Below are positions 18,874-27,391 of a DNA stretch of 63,173 nt, one piece after another (the first letter of the stretch is position 1; each line of letters begins with the position of its first letter). The DNA is from Pseudomonadota bacterium. Its GTDB lineage: Bacteria; Pseudomonadota; Alphaproteobacteria; Sphingomonadales; Sphingomonadaceae. The stretch spans positions 1-63,173 of the forward strand of contig JBCBKF010000001.1 of the NCBI GenBank assembly GCA_038522255.1, read 5' to 3'. Both the position numbers and the translations under genes were made by a program. Below the pieces are notes generated by a model. The model was not told the origin of the DNA. It made no database searches and saw only the letters and a list, made by a program, of their open reading frames with translations.

Positions 18874-19208
18874 CACCGCCCCCAAGGCACGCCTTCACAC
18901 AGGCGCCATTTCGAATACAGGTAGTCGGTGTAGCCCGTGAGATCGCCGTCGGGGATGCCGTAGCGGTGCGAGCGGTCGCGCTCGGCCGGGGTCATGGCCC
19001 AGTAGACGCGGTGGCCGGCAGTGTTGCGGCCTGTGCGGAGTTGGAAGTTGTCGACGGCCTTGTTGCACAACCGTTCAAGACGTGCGGGCGTCGATTTGAA
19101 GAGATGGACGAGATCGTCAATCGTGAACTGCTCGCCAGCGCGCAGGGTCAGGTCGTGGACAAGCTGAACCATGCGGACGGCGCGGGGCTTTTCTGCTGGG
19201 GCTCTCAT
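18873..19208 (-). CDS. Hypothetical (winged-helix-like) protein
   Basis: Start/stop overlaps in the operon. Confidence 0.55.
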   Translation of the reverse strand: MRAPAEKPRAVRMVQLVHDLTLRAGEQFTIDDLVHLFKSTPARLERLCNKAVDNFQLRTGRNTAGHRVYWAMTPAERDRSHRYGIPDGDLTGYTDYLYSKWRLCEGVPWGR

Positions 19209-19660
19209 GCGGCGGCCATCTCCGTGCGTTTGCGAACTTGTCGCGTTGCTGCATCGACTTGGCCGACGGTGCAGAGCATCAGTTGATCGAACCAAAGGTC
19301 GAGTGCTTCGCGGATGTCGCGGATCGCGTCACCGTCGAAGCCGAGGCGACCGGTGCGCTCGAAGCGTTCGCGGGTGCGCATCATTCCGTCGTTCGCCGCC
19401 AGCAGGACCGGCATGATTTCTTCGCCTACGCCGGTGCGGGTGAGTTCCAGCGCGTGGTTCATGGCGCTAGCGATCGTGTTCCAGTCGCTAGCGGCGCCAA
19501 GTCCCTTGCTGATGGCATCCAGCGCGGAGAGCACAGCGAGGCGAAAGAGATCAGCGTCGCCGTCCTGCATCTGCGATGCACGGGCAGATTCCAAGGCACG
19601 CGTCGCTTGCTTCTGTGCGAGCGGCCGGTACGCCTTGCGCGGCTTTCTTGTCGTTCCCAT
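19205..19660 (-). CDS. Hypothetical phage protein
   Basis: RKPRKAYRP...RFERTGRLGFDG pattern; overlaps neighbours. Confidence 0.7.
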   Translation of the reverse strand: MGTTRKPRKAYRPLAQKQATRALESARASQMQDGDADLFRLAVLSALDAISKGLGAASDWNTIASAMNHALELTRTGVGEEIMPVLLAANDGMMRTRERFERTGRLGFDGDAIRDIREALDLWFDQLMLCTVGQVDAATRQVRKRTEMAAA

Positions 19661-19860
19661 CACCGTTTTCCCCTCAACCAATCACGCCGCGCCTGAGATT
19701 GCTCGGCGGGCAACGCATCGAACTTCTCGCAGTCACGCGGCCACGTCACGTTCACGAACCTGCCGACCATCGGCTCGAAGTCGCAGTGACCGGAACCGGC
19801 GCGCGCTTGGTCTTTGTCGGCCTTCATGTCGCAACTCTTGCAGTCGATGCATTCAGGCAT
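19660..19860 (-). CDS. Small Cys-rich protein
   Basis: MPECIDCKSC...; ATG directly abuts an operator pair. Confidence 0.6.
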   Translation of the reverse strand: MPECIDCKSCDMKADKDQARAGSGHCDFEPMVGRFVNVTWPRDCEKFDALPAEQSQARRDWLRGKR

Positions 19861-19895
19861 AGCGAAGTAATTAGCACTATGCGAAGACATTCGCA
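19861..19895. promoter_or_regulatory. Operator pair
   Basis: AGCGAAGTAATTAGCA and TGCGAAGACATTCGCA, starts 19 bp apart. Confidence 0.7.
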
Positions 19896-19935
19896 GTATA
19901 GATAAAACTTGGGCAGATGGGTAGTGGTTTTTGCA

Positions 19936-21294
19936 TTAGTCAACCAATCCCTTTGCTCGTCTCGGAGCGGCTGGCGGCGTGTACCCCCGCTGCAGGTCAT
20001 GGAATGCCGTGTGCTCGCCCTGATAGGCCAGCGGCACCATGCCCGTCTCACCTTGGCGCTGCTTGCCGATCAGAACCTCGCAGATGCCCTTGGCTTGGCT
20101 GTTCGGGTCGTAGACCTCATCGCGGTACAGGAACATGATCGTGTCCGCGTCCTGTTCGATTTCGCCGGAGTCTCGCAGGTCGGCCATGCCGGGGCGCTTA
20201 TCGGCTCTGTTCTCTAGTCCGCGGTTGAGCTGGGCCAGCGCGATGATGGGAATGTCGAGTTCCTTTGCCAAGGCTTTCAGGCCGCGCGAATAGCTGCCGA
20301 CTTCCTGGTTGCGGTTCTCGCTCGGGCCGCCAGTCATAAGGCCGAGATAGTCGACTACCAGCAGGTTGAGCCCGTGCTTGCGCTTCACGGTGCGGGCCTT
20401 GCTGCGAACCTCCAGCAGCGTGAGTGCCGGCTGATCGTCCAGGTACAGATTCAGATCCGTGATCTTGTGCGCCGCGACCGTGAAGCGCTGCCAATCCTCA
20501 TCGGTCATCTTTTCCGGCTGCCGCAGATGCTGCATGTGGATACGGCCCAGCGCAGCGATGTTCCGATCATGCAGTTGATCGCGGGGCATTTCCATGGAGA
20601 GCACAAGGGCGCTGTAGTCGATCGCCACGTTGCGGGCAATGCCGAGCGCGAATGCCGTCTTGCCCATGGCCGGGCGGCCGGCCGCAATGATCAATTCGCC
20701 GCCGCGCATGCCGCCGCCGAGCTTGTCGTCAAGGTCACGGAAACCGGTCGGGATCGCCTTGATCTTGCCCTCGGAAGCTTCCTGCAGCCGGTCGATGTAG
20801 TTGCCCAGGTCATCGCTCGCCTTGATCGGCTCGCTCTTGACGCGCTCTTGCGCCAGGTTCTCGAGCTTGGACTGGATGCGATCGACCACAATCCGCGCCT
20901 CATCCGCACCCGTCACCATCTCGGGCACGTCGGCGGCCAAGGCCAGGAGCTGGCGCTTGACGGCCTTGTCACGCACCATCGCGGAATAGCGCTTGATGTT
21001 GGCAGAGCTGGGCGTCGATTGCGCCAGCGCGTTCAGGTAGGACAGTCCACCGATGTGCTCCGCATCACCTTTGGCGGCGAATCGCTCATAGACCGTCACA
21101 ACGTCGGCAGGCTGGCCGGCAGTTATGAGTTCGCAGATGGCACCAAAGACCGCAGCATGGTCGGCGCGGTAGAAGTGCTCGCGGCCCAGGCCTTCTACGC
21201 GGTCGATCGCGTCGTTGTCGAGCAGCAGGGCGCCGAGGATGGATTGCTCGGCTTCGATGGAATGGGGAACGTCCCGAGTGTCGGTGTGGCTCAT
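19936..21294 (-). CDS. dnaB: Replicative DNA helicase
   Basis: AEQSILG, GRPAMGKT, SMEM, VDYLGL, AQLNR, DLRDSGEIEQDAD, KQRQG. Confidence 0.97.
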   Translation of the reverse strand: MSHTDTRDVPHSIEAEQSILGALLLDNDAIDRVEGLGREHFYRADHAAVFGAICELITAGQPADVVTVYERFAAKGDAEHIGGLSYLNALAQSTPSSANIKRYSAMVRDKAVKRQLLALAADVPEMVTGADEARIVVDRIQSKLENLAQERVKSEPIKASDDLGNYIDRLQEASEGKIKAIPTGFRDLDDKLGGGMRGGELIIAAGRPAMGKTAFALGIARNVAIDYSALVLSMEMPRDQLHDRNIAALGRIHMQHLRQPEKMTDEDWQRFTVAAHKITDLNLYLDDQPALTLLEVRSKARTVKRKHGLNLLVVDYLGLMTGGPSENRNQEVGSYSRGLKALAKELDIPIIALAQLNRGLENRADKRPGMADLRDSGEIEQDADTIMFLYRDEVYDPNSQAKGICEVLIGKQRQGETGMVPLAYQGEHTAFHDLQRGYTPPAAPRRAKGLVD

Positions 21295-22118
21295 GCGGCC
21301 TTCTTTGCGTGGTAGGTCTTGGCTTGAATGCCTTGCGTCGTGAGTTCGTACGAGCCATCAGGCTTGGCGTACCAGAGCTTGTAATAGCCCTTCTTCACGT
21401 AGTTCAGGAGGTGCTGGCGCCAGTTGGCCTGCATGCGAGAAGCCTTTTCGCCCTCGCCTAGGTGCTCTTCTTTGAACGACTCCCAGCAGAGCTGGACGAA
21501 CTCCATCGGCAGCCCAGTGGCCTCTACGTAGTCGATGAGGGGCTTGTACTCGCTGATCGCCTTTTCCCCAGCCTGCGCGCAGCGCTCAATGAAGGTCTTG
21601 AGCGAGACACGTGTTTTGCGTTCTCGCTTTGGTTTCTTTGCAGAAGGGGAGGCATCCCCCTCGTCGCCGCTAGGCGATGGGGGGTTAGGGGGGTTGTTTA
21701 CATGGTTACTGGTTACTGGATACTGAATAGCTTTTGGTTTGGGTTCCTCTTGGGTATCCGAGGGGAAACCCACTGGGTTTTCGTTGGGCTTCTTCTTCGG
21801 AGGGCGACCGCCGGATTTTCCGTTGATCCGGTTCTTCTCGACCTGCTTGCGATACGCGGCAATCTGCTCCTCAATCTTTTCCTGAAACAGTCTGCCGTCG
21901 GCCACCTCGAAGAACTCCGACGCGACTTTGCGAACCGCTTCGCGCTCAAGTTCCGAGAGTGCGCCGGCGATGCGGCACAGCGTTTCGAGATCAGACGGCA
22001 GCGCCTTTTCGGTGGCGTAGTAGTAGTCCACCAGATCGTTGTACGCACCTCTCTCGGTCAGATTCAGGTGGCGCGTTGCGCTGGAAAAATCCCCGACGTT
22101 TTTGCTGAAATACTTCAT
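21291..22118 (-). CDS. DUF1376/YdaU-like replication initiator
   Basis: VGDFSSATRHLNLTERGAYNDL; NGKSGGRP; directly upstream of dnaB; contains origin-like repeats. Confidence 0.85.
   Translation of the reverse strand: MKYFSKNVGDFSSATRHLNLTERGAYNDLVDYYYATEKALPSDLETLCRIAGALSELEREAVRKVASEFFEVADGRLFQEKIEEQIAAYRKQVEKNRINGKSGGRPPKKKPNENPVGFPSDTQEEPKPKAIQYPVTSNHVNNPPNPPSPSGDEGDASPSAKKPKRERKTRVSLKTFIERCAQAGEKAISEYKPLIDYVEATGLPMEFVQLCWESFKEEHLGEGEKASRMQANWRQHLLNYVKKGYYKLWYAKPDGSYELTTQGIQAKTYHAKKAA
21703..21790. repeat. Putative replication origin (7-mer tandem repeats plus TGGGT iterons and a palindrome)
   Basis: TGGTTAC TGGTTAC TGGATAC TGAATAG 21703-21730; palindrome AAACCCACTGGGTTT 21766-21780. Confidence 0.6.
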
Positions 22119-22473
22119 CTCGCCACCGGTCTGGGATTTGTTTCGCATACCCACAAAAAACCCAGTGGGTTATGTGTGGGTAAAGTATCGACGCGAGCAG
22201 GGGCCATTACCGCGCCCCTTTCGCCCGAAGCATCGCCGCCAGCGACTGGCACAAGGTGTGTACCTGGGCCTGCTTTGCGCCCTTGGACTTCAGCTTGACG
22301 ATGTTGCGTGCCATGGCGTCCTGCTGGGCATGCAGCTCCGGCTTCGGGTTGAATAGGTCTCTTTTCATGGGATTACCCCCAATCATGCAAATAGCGGCGG
22401 CCGAAGCCGCCCGCGAAGATATGAAGCCAGCAATTTTGGGCGAATACATTCGCACTGGCGACAAATTTTTTGA

Positions 22474-22731
22474 TTACTTCTTTAGGACAAGCTCGGGCAT
22501 CTGATCCGCGACCTTGAACTCAGCGCTAGTGCCCTTGGTGGCCTTCTCCAAACGCCGTGCCAGCTTGATTCCGATCTTGTTGCGGCACTTGCTGACGAGC
22601 AGAGTGCCGAGGGTTGTATCGGCCTTTTTCAATACCCGCGCTCTCTCCGCATGGCGTCTTGCGCGCTCCTCTTTGCTGATGGGCGCTTTGTTCGCGGTTG
22701 TAGTGGCGACAAGCCATTCAGACAGATTCAT
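22474..22731 (-). CDS. Cro-like small regulator
   Basis: Divergent from the repressor; MNLSEWL...KLARRLEKATKG pattern. Confidence 0.65.
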   Translation of the reverse strand: MNLSEWLVATTTANKAPISKEERARRHAERARVLKKADTTLGTLLVSKCRNKIGIKLARRLEKATKGTSAEFKVADQMPELVLKK

Positions 22732-22755
22732 GAGGTTCTCCCTCCGTTGTGAAGA

Positions 22756-22828
22756 TGCCAATATATTAGCACGCTGGAGCATTGGCATTGCGCACATGCA
22801 TTGACAACGGATGGGCAGCCCCTAAAAT
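22756..22828. promoter_or_regulatory. Divergent switch region: operator plus rightward promoter
   Basis: Operator TGCCAATATATTAGCA 22756-22771; TTGACA-N16-TAAAAT 22801-22828. Confidence 0.7.
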
Positions 22829-22834
22829 TCTGGA

Positions 22835-23395
22835 ATGGACATCAAAAATATTCGCAACAATCCTGACGACGCGCGCGCTGGAGGATCTACCGCGGCGCGC
22901 TGGCCTAGTTTTGGGCAAGGAAAGACGAGGGGTATGGATATCAGCACCATCCGCCGCATGAATGTCCGCATCCTGGAGCGCGAGGCCGGGAGCCTCGCCA
23001 AGTTGGCGGAGATGGCCGGCACCAAGGAAAATTACCTGTCTCAGTGCACCAGCAAGCTACCGGCTCGCAACATAGGGAATGATGTGGCGCGACGCCTGGA
23101 GAGTGGGATGGGGAAGCCATACGGGTGGATGGATGAGTCACATGTCACCCAGCAGCACCTTATGGTCGCGCGGTTTCTGTACGACAAAATGATTGAGATG
23201 ACAACTTCTCGGCTTCATTCCCTAGTCGAAGTTCTTGATTTGGTGGATAGTGCAGAGCGGGAAGGTTCTCTGGGCCATATCGACTTAGCCGATCAATCAG
23301 ACAGTACAGACAAGGAGGGGGTAGTAACCCTAAAAGACAATGCAGCAACAAGCAAAAGCCAAAGTGTTTCCCCTCTTCCGAGGCGGCGCAAGTGA
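22835..23395 (+). CDS. CI-like XRE repressor without a recognisable S24 peptidase domain (starts at 22835 or 22934)
   Basis: IRRMNVRILE...LAKLAE...YLSQ...RNIGNDVARRLE...GWMD HTH pattern. Confidence 0.8.
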   Translation: MDIKNIRNNPDDARAGGSTAARWPSFGQGKTRGMDISTIRRMNVRILEREAGSLAKLAEMAGTKENYLSQCTSKLPARNIGNDVARRLESGMGKPYGWMDESHVTQQHLMVARFLYDKMIEMTTSRLHSLVEVLDLVDSAEREGSLGHIDLADQSDSTDKEGVVTLKDNAATSKSQSVSPLPRRRK

Positions 23396-23600
23396 AGACC
23401 CCAGCGAGCAGCTGAGGGAAATCGCAGACGATCTCGAAGCTGGGCGGATCAGAGGTGTCGTCATCTCTTACGTGAGAGATGACGGTGAGGTGGGGTACAA
23501 GCTGATGGGGGCGCTTGCCAAGACGAGCAATCTTGGCAACGCCATCGGGATCATCGGCGAACTGAAAAGGAGAGTCGAACTCCTTTTTTCAGGCACATGA
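23340..23600 (+). CDS. Small hypothetical protein co-oriented with the repressor
   Basis: 86 aa ORF overlapping the repressor 3' end. Confidence 0.65.
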   Translation: MQQQAKAKVFPLFRGGASEDPSEQLREIADDLEAGRIRGVVISYVRDDGEVGYKLMGALAKTSNLGNAIGIIGELKRRVELLFSGT

Positions 23601-23727
23601 TGCGAATGCATTCGCAAAATGCTTGACTATGTGCGCCGTATGCGCTAGTATTTGTGTAGGTTAGAAGTTGCTTTGCCGGCAGCGAAGAGACATTCCCCAA
23701 AAGAGCCCGATATCGTTCGGGCTCTTT
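23601..23727 (+). promoter_or_regulatory. Perfect operator, rightward promoter and nearby terminator (pR'-like)
   Basis: TGCGAATGCATTCGCA 23601-23616; TTGACT-N17-TAGTAT 23623-23651; hairpin AAAGAGCCCGA...TCGGGCTCTTT ~23700-23727. Confidence 0.65.
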
Positions 23728-23801
23728 GCGTTTCTGAGCCTAGAAATTGACTCTACGCTCGTTCTTGGTGCGCCCGTGCTGCACGTTTGTAATATCTGCT
23801 T

Positions 23802-23834
23802 AAAACAAAACAAAACCCCACTCTGTGGTGGGGT
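23802..23834 (-). terminator. Rho-independent terminator for a leftward transcript
   Basis: ACCCCAC/GTGGGGT stem followed on the minus strand by TTTGTTTTGTTTT. Confidence 0.7.
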
Positions 23835-23904
23835 CGCGTTTTCCTCCGCCCGGCGCTGAGCATCCCCTGGAGTTGCCCCTGTAACTCAGGACACGCGGAC
23901 ACCG

Positions 23905-24798
23905 TTAGGTTGATGACACCGCATTACGCCTGAACTCGCGAGGCGAGCGGTATTTCAGGGCTTTGTGCGGGTGGCGCTCATTGTAGTGTTCAAACGCGAT
24001 TGCCAGACGCGAGAGCGCTGTTGGTGCGTCAGACTTGTCCATATAGGCGACGTAATTGTGCTTCATGGTCTTCACGAACGATTCCGCCATGCCATTGCTC
24101 TGCGGCGAACGGACCGGTGTGGTCAGCGGCTCAAGACCCAGTTCGCGAGCGAAGCTGCGCGTGCGGTGGTCGATGTAGGCCGAGCCGTTGTCCGTCAGCC
24201 ATTCAATGGGCTGCGCGGCCTGCGTGGTGCCGAAGCGCTGTTCGACGGCGGCCAGCATCACGTCGCGCACCACATCACCGCTATGCCCGCCGGTCGTTGC
24301 TGCCCAGCTAATCGCCTCGCGGTCGCAGCAGTCCAGCGCAAACGTCACGCGCAGCGGCGTACCATCGTCGCACCGGAACTCGAAGCCATCGGAGCACCAG
24401 CGGGTGTTGCTGCGGTCCACCGCAACGCGACCGTCATGTCGCCGCTTATCTCGCCGCACGCCAGGGCGGCGCAGCAGCAACTGATGCTCCCGCATGACCC
24501 GATACACGCGCTTGACGTTGATGCACGGCGCACCGCTCTGCTCCCGACTGCGGCGCAGCAGCGCCCAGACACGGCGGTAGCCGTAGGTGGGAAGGTGCGC
24601 CACATGGGCCTGAATCTCCTCGACCAGCCCGGCATCGTTGGTCACGCGGGCACGGCGACCATCGCGCCAGTCGGACGAGCGAGCTCGCTTCACCGCCACG
24701 GCAGAGCGCGCCACGCCGAGAACTTCGCAGACCGTCTTCATCGGTCGTCCCCCGGCAGCAAGGGCGAGCGCGCAATCAGGTTTTTTGAACGGCCCCAT
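23905..24798 (-). CDS. IS OrfB DDE transposase
   Basis: [29 protein letters not shown]; AAAAAAC slippery run at ~24780-24786. Confidence 0.95.
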   Translation of the reverse strand: MGPFKKPDCALALAAGGRPMKTVCEVLGVARSAVAVKRARSSDWRDGRRARVTNDAGLVEEIQAHVAHLPTYGYRRVWALLRRSREQSGAPCINVKRVYRVMREHQLLLRRPGVRRDKRRHDGRVAVDRSNTRWCSDGFEFRCDDGTPLRVTFALDCCDREAISWAATTGGHSGDVVRDVMLAAVEQRFGTTQAAQPIEWLTDNGSAYIDHRTRSFARELGLEPLTTPVRSPQSNGMAESFVKTMKHNYVAYMDKSDAPTALSRLAIAFEHYNERHPHKALKYRSPREFRRNAVSST

Positions 24799-25139
24799 TC
24801 CACGGCTTCTTTCAGGATTTCGACCTCCAGCGTCTTCTTCCCGAGTAGCCGTTGCAGTTCCTTGATTTCCTTGATGGCGGCGGCCAGCTCAGATGCCGGC
24901 ACAACGGTTTCGCCTGCCTTCACCGCCGCCAGACTGCCTTCCTGGTATTGCTTGCGCCAGCCAAACACTTGGTTGGCGTTGACGCCGTGCCGACGTGCAA
25001 CGGCCGACACCGATGCTCCCGGCTCCAATGTTTCCTGCACGATGGCGATTTTTTCTTGCGCCGTGCGCCGCCGACGGCGCTCCGGCTCGGTCAGAATTTC
25101 GATGCTTTCCACGTAATGACTAGGCTTACTGATAGGCAC
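24738..25139 (-). CDS. IS OrfA HTH
   Basis: [13 protein letters not shown]...[10 protein letters not shown], like IS2 InsC. Confidence 0.95.
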   Translation of the reverse strand: MPISKPSHYVESIEILTEPERRRRRTAQEKIAIVQETLEPGASVSAVARRHGVNANQVFGWRKQYQEGSLAAVKAGETVVPASELAAAIKEIKELQRLLGKKTLEVEILKEAVEWGRSKNLIARSPLLPGDDR

Positions 25140-25374
25140 AAGACTATCCCTTATTTTAAGAGAGTCCTCGTGTCCTCAGATACGTGGGGCCGCTCCATCC
25201 CCGTTCTACGCGACCCCTGCGCCGGTTTAAGGAGTCGCGCTCAAACTCTTCTATCTGTATCTCCGGGCGCTCGATGCTGCCTGGCGCTGAGTTCTTGATG
25301 CGCGCTATTCGTCACTGATCATCTCCCTGCCGGGGAATCCGGCGAATCTGCTAATTAGCCTGCTGATGCGTGCG

Positions 25375-25414
25375 ACTATAGATAATGCATTAGCAGAAAG
25401 CAACTGTATTCGCA
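25375..25414 (-). promoter_or_regulatory. Leftward promoter covered by an operator pair
   Basis: TTGCTT-N17-TATAGT on the minus strand; operators at 25380-25395 and 25399-25414. Confidence 0.65.
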
Positions 25415-25630
25415 CATGCGTTGCGCAAAGCGCACACTGCCTCTAGCGAGGCGCTTCATCCAATCGCCGAAACTGCGGCCAGCGCCGTTGAACGCGAACA
25501 CGCTTCGCACGGGTCGCGGCGATTGGATGAGGTGCTGGCTGCGTGCGCGCGGCCACCATGCTCTAGCCGGTGAGATAGCGAACCCCGGCGAATCTGTGCG
25601 CACAGAGAGCTGACGGTGCCGGGATGGCAC

Positions 25631-25968
25631 GCCGGAGAACGTAACCGGCTGCTCAAAGAGATGTGTGACGGAACACGTAGTTCGGGTGCCTCAAGGGGCG
25701 CGCGTTCAAGCCGTGACAGTCGGGAAAGACCGGCACCTTCAAGACAAGGTCTGCGCGGGGATCGTCCGGAAGTGCCCCTGTGCCGATGCGGAGTCATGAC
25801 CCGCTGGGCGACGGGCCTTGTCTTGAGGGTAACAGCCGGGAAGCGCGCATATCGCCGTAGGGTGCAACGCCTAATGCGGCGTCGGCAAGGTTGCCGACCG
25901 AAAGACGCAATTCCCGCCGCCACGCAGCCCGTCAGCCATTGGAGGCAGGAGCTAGTGGATTCCCTCAA
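25631..25968 (+). ncRNA. Second structured-RNA array, immediately upstream of the tRNAs
   Basis: GCCGGAGAACGTAACCGGC, GTGACAGTCGGGAAAGACCGGCA, and stem 25736-25829 overlapping TTGAGGG...CCCTCAA 25823-25968. Confidence 0.55.
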
Positions 25969-25976
25969 CCTTTTTC

Positions 25977-26050
25977 GCCTCATTAACTCAGCGGTCAGAG
26001 TGCCCGCCTGTCTAGTGGGAATTCGGGTTCGATCCTCCCATGGGGCGCCA
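25977..26050 (+). tRNA. tRNA-Asp(GTC), T-stem degenerate
   Basis: Acceptor GCCTCAT/ATGGGGC-G-CCA; anticodon arm CCCGC-CTGTCTA-GTGGG; two T-stem mismatches. Confidence 0.65.
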
Positions 26051-26056
26051 GATTAT

Positions 26057-26132
26057 TGCCATGTAGCTCAGTTGGTAGAGCGGTGCACTGTTAATGCACT
26101 GGCCGGTGGTTCGATCCCACCCTTGGCAGCCA
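26057..26132 (+). tRNA. tRNA-Asn(GTT)
   Basis: Canonical 76-nt cloverleaf, GTGCA-CTGTTAA-TGCAC, encoded CCA. Confidence 0.93.
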
Positions 26133-26137
26133 GTTAT

Positions 26138-26212
26138 TGCGGTATGGCGCAGCGGTAGCGCAACGGGCTCATAACCCGATGGTCAGTGGTTCGATTCCAC
26201 TTGCCGCAACCA
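26138..26212 (+). tRNA. tRNA-Met(CAT), initiator-like
   Basis: GGG-CTCATAA-CCC anticodon arm, canonical T-arm, encoded CCA. Confidence 0.9.
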
Positions 26213-26664
26213 GTCCTCCCCTCGCGCTCTGCGCGATTTGGCTCGTGCTGATCGAGCCGTTTTCTATTCCAGCATGTCCCGGCCACAACGCACCTTCCAG
26301 GATGACGAGAGCATCCCCGGTTACAGCTCGCACGCTGTTTTGCCGCTCCTGTATGACCAGGAGGGGGAAGACGAGGTGGTCGGGGAGATTGGGCGAGAAG
26401 GGTGTTTGCACCCGGATGGGGTGCAGAAGTGATTATGGACAGCGATGCAACGATTGAGCGCGAGCCAAAGGCGTGACTATGCCAATCGAGTCTATCAAGG
26501 CAGAGGTTTCTGTCGCCTGGTGGGTGCGCTGGTATATCCGCGCGCTGATCCTGCTGACCCACCTTGGCGTGAAGCCGGACATGGAGCGCGTCGGCGAGCG
26601 GATCAAGAGGGGCGTTCGGGCTCGGCTGGTTTCTGTACCAAGCGTGTGACTAGCTGCTCTCAGA

Positions 26665-26754
26665 AGTGGGGTAGCTCAGTGATTCGAGAGCATGGGGCAT
26701 ATGGCCATCCGCCAGAACCCTAGGGCGCTGGTTCAATTCCAGCCCTCACTTCTA
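26665..26754 (+). ncRNA. tRNA-like element with an extended anticodon arm
   Basis: AGTGGGG/CCTCACT acceptor, GCTC/GAGC D-stem, GCTGG-TTCAATT-CCAGC T-arm; a 20-nt segment replaces the 7-nt anticodon loop. Confidence 0.65.
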
Positions 26755-26776
26755 AGAGCAATACATGGGAATCAAA

Positions 26777-27391
26777 ATGGCGCAGCCAAAGAAAGCCGCG
26801 CCGGACTGGGAGCGCATTGAGGCGGAATACCGGGCCGGCGTTTTGTCGATCCGGGAAGTTGCCGCTCAGCACGGAATTACCGATACCGCGATCCGCAAGC
26901 GAGCAGCCCGAGATGGTTGGGCGCGCGATCTCAGCAAACGCATACAGGACAAGGCCGAAGCGCTGGTTCGCACGGCCGAGGTTCGCAGTCAGGTTCGCAC
27001 GGAAAGCGCGAACTCGGATCGCCTCATTGTTGAGGCCAACGCCGAGGTCATCGCCAATATCCGTCTCTCGCACCGGAAGGACATTAGCCGGTCGCGGACC
27101 TTGGCGATGGCGCTGCTCGGTGAGTTGGAGCAGCAGACCGGCAATCTGGACTTGTTCGAGAAGCTGGGCGAACTGCTGCGTGCCCCGGACGACAAGGGCA
27201 TGGACCGCCTGAACGATCTGTACCAGAAGATCATTTCGACGCCTGGCCGCATCGACGGCATGAAGAAGCTCGCCGAAACGTTGAAGAATCTCATCGGGCT
27301 GGAGCGCGAAGCCTACGGGCTGAAGGTCGGAGAGGATGGCGGCGGCGAAGATGTCCCGACCAACCTTGATCACTTCTATGGAGCAAACTAG
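26777..27391 (+). CDS. terS: Terminase small subunit
   Basis: PDWERIEAEYRAG...AIRKRA HTH; directly upstream of TerL. Confidence 0.85.
   Translation: MAQPKKAAPDWERIEAEYRAGVLSIREVAAQHGITDTAIRKRAARDGWARDLSKRIQDKAEALVRTAEVRSQVRTESANSDRLIVEANAEVIANIRLSHRKDISRSRTLAMALLGELEQQTGNLDLFEKLGELLRAPDDKGMDRLNDLYQKIISTPGRIDGMKKLAETLKNLIGLEREAYGLKVGEDGGGEDVPTNLDHFYGAN

Larger units (their letters stand above)
23868..25197 (-). mobile_element. IS3-family, IS2-group insertion sequence (1330 bp)
   Basis: Imperfect terminal IRs TGGAGTTGCCCC...GGACACG / TGGAGCGGCCCC...GGACACG; 5-bp target duplication TCCCC at 23863-23867 and 25198-25202. Confidence 0.95.

Noticed and set aside
22740-23660. LexA box (CTGT-N8-ACAG) controlling induction
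   Set aside because: No convincing match found by eye near the switch region or the operators
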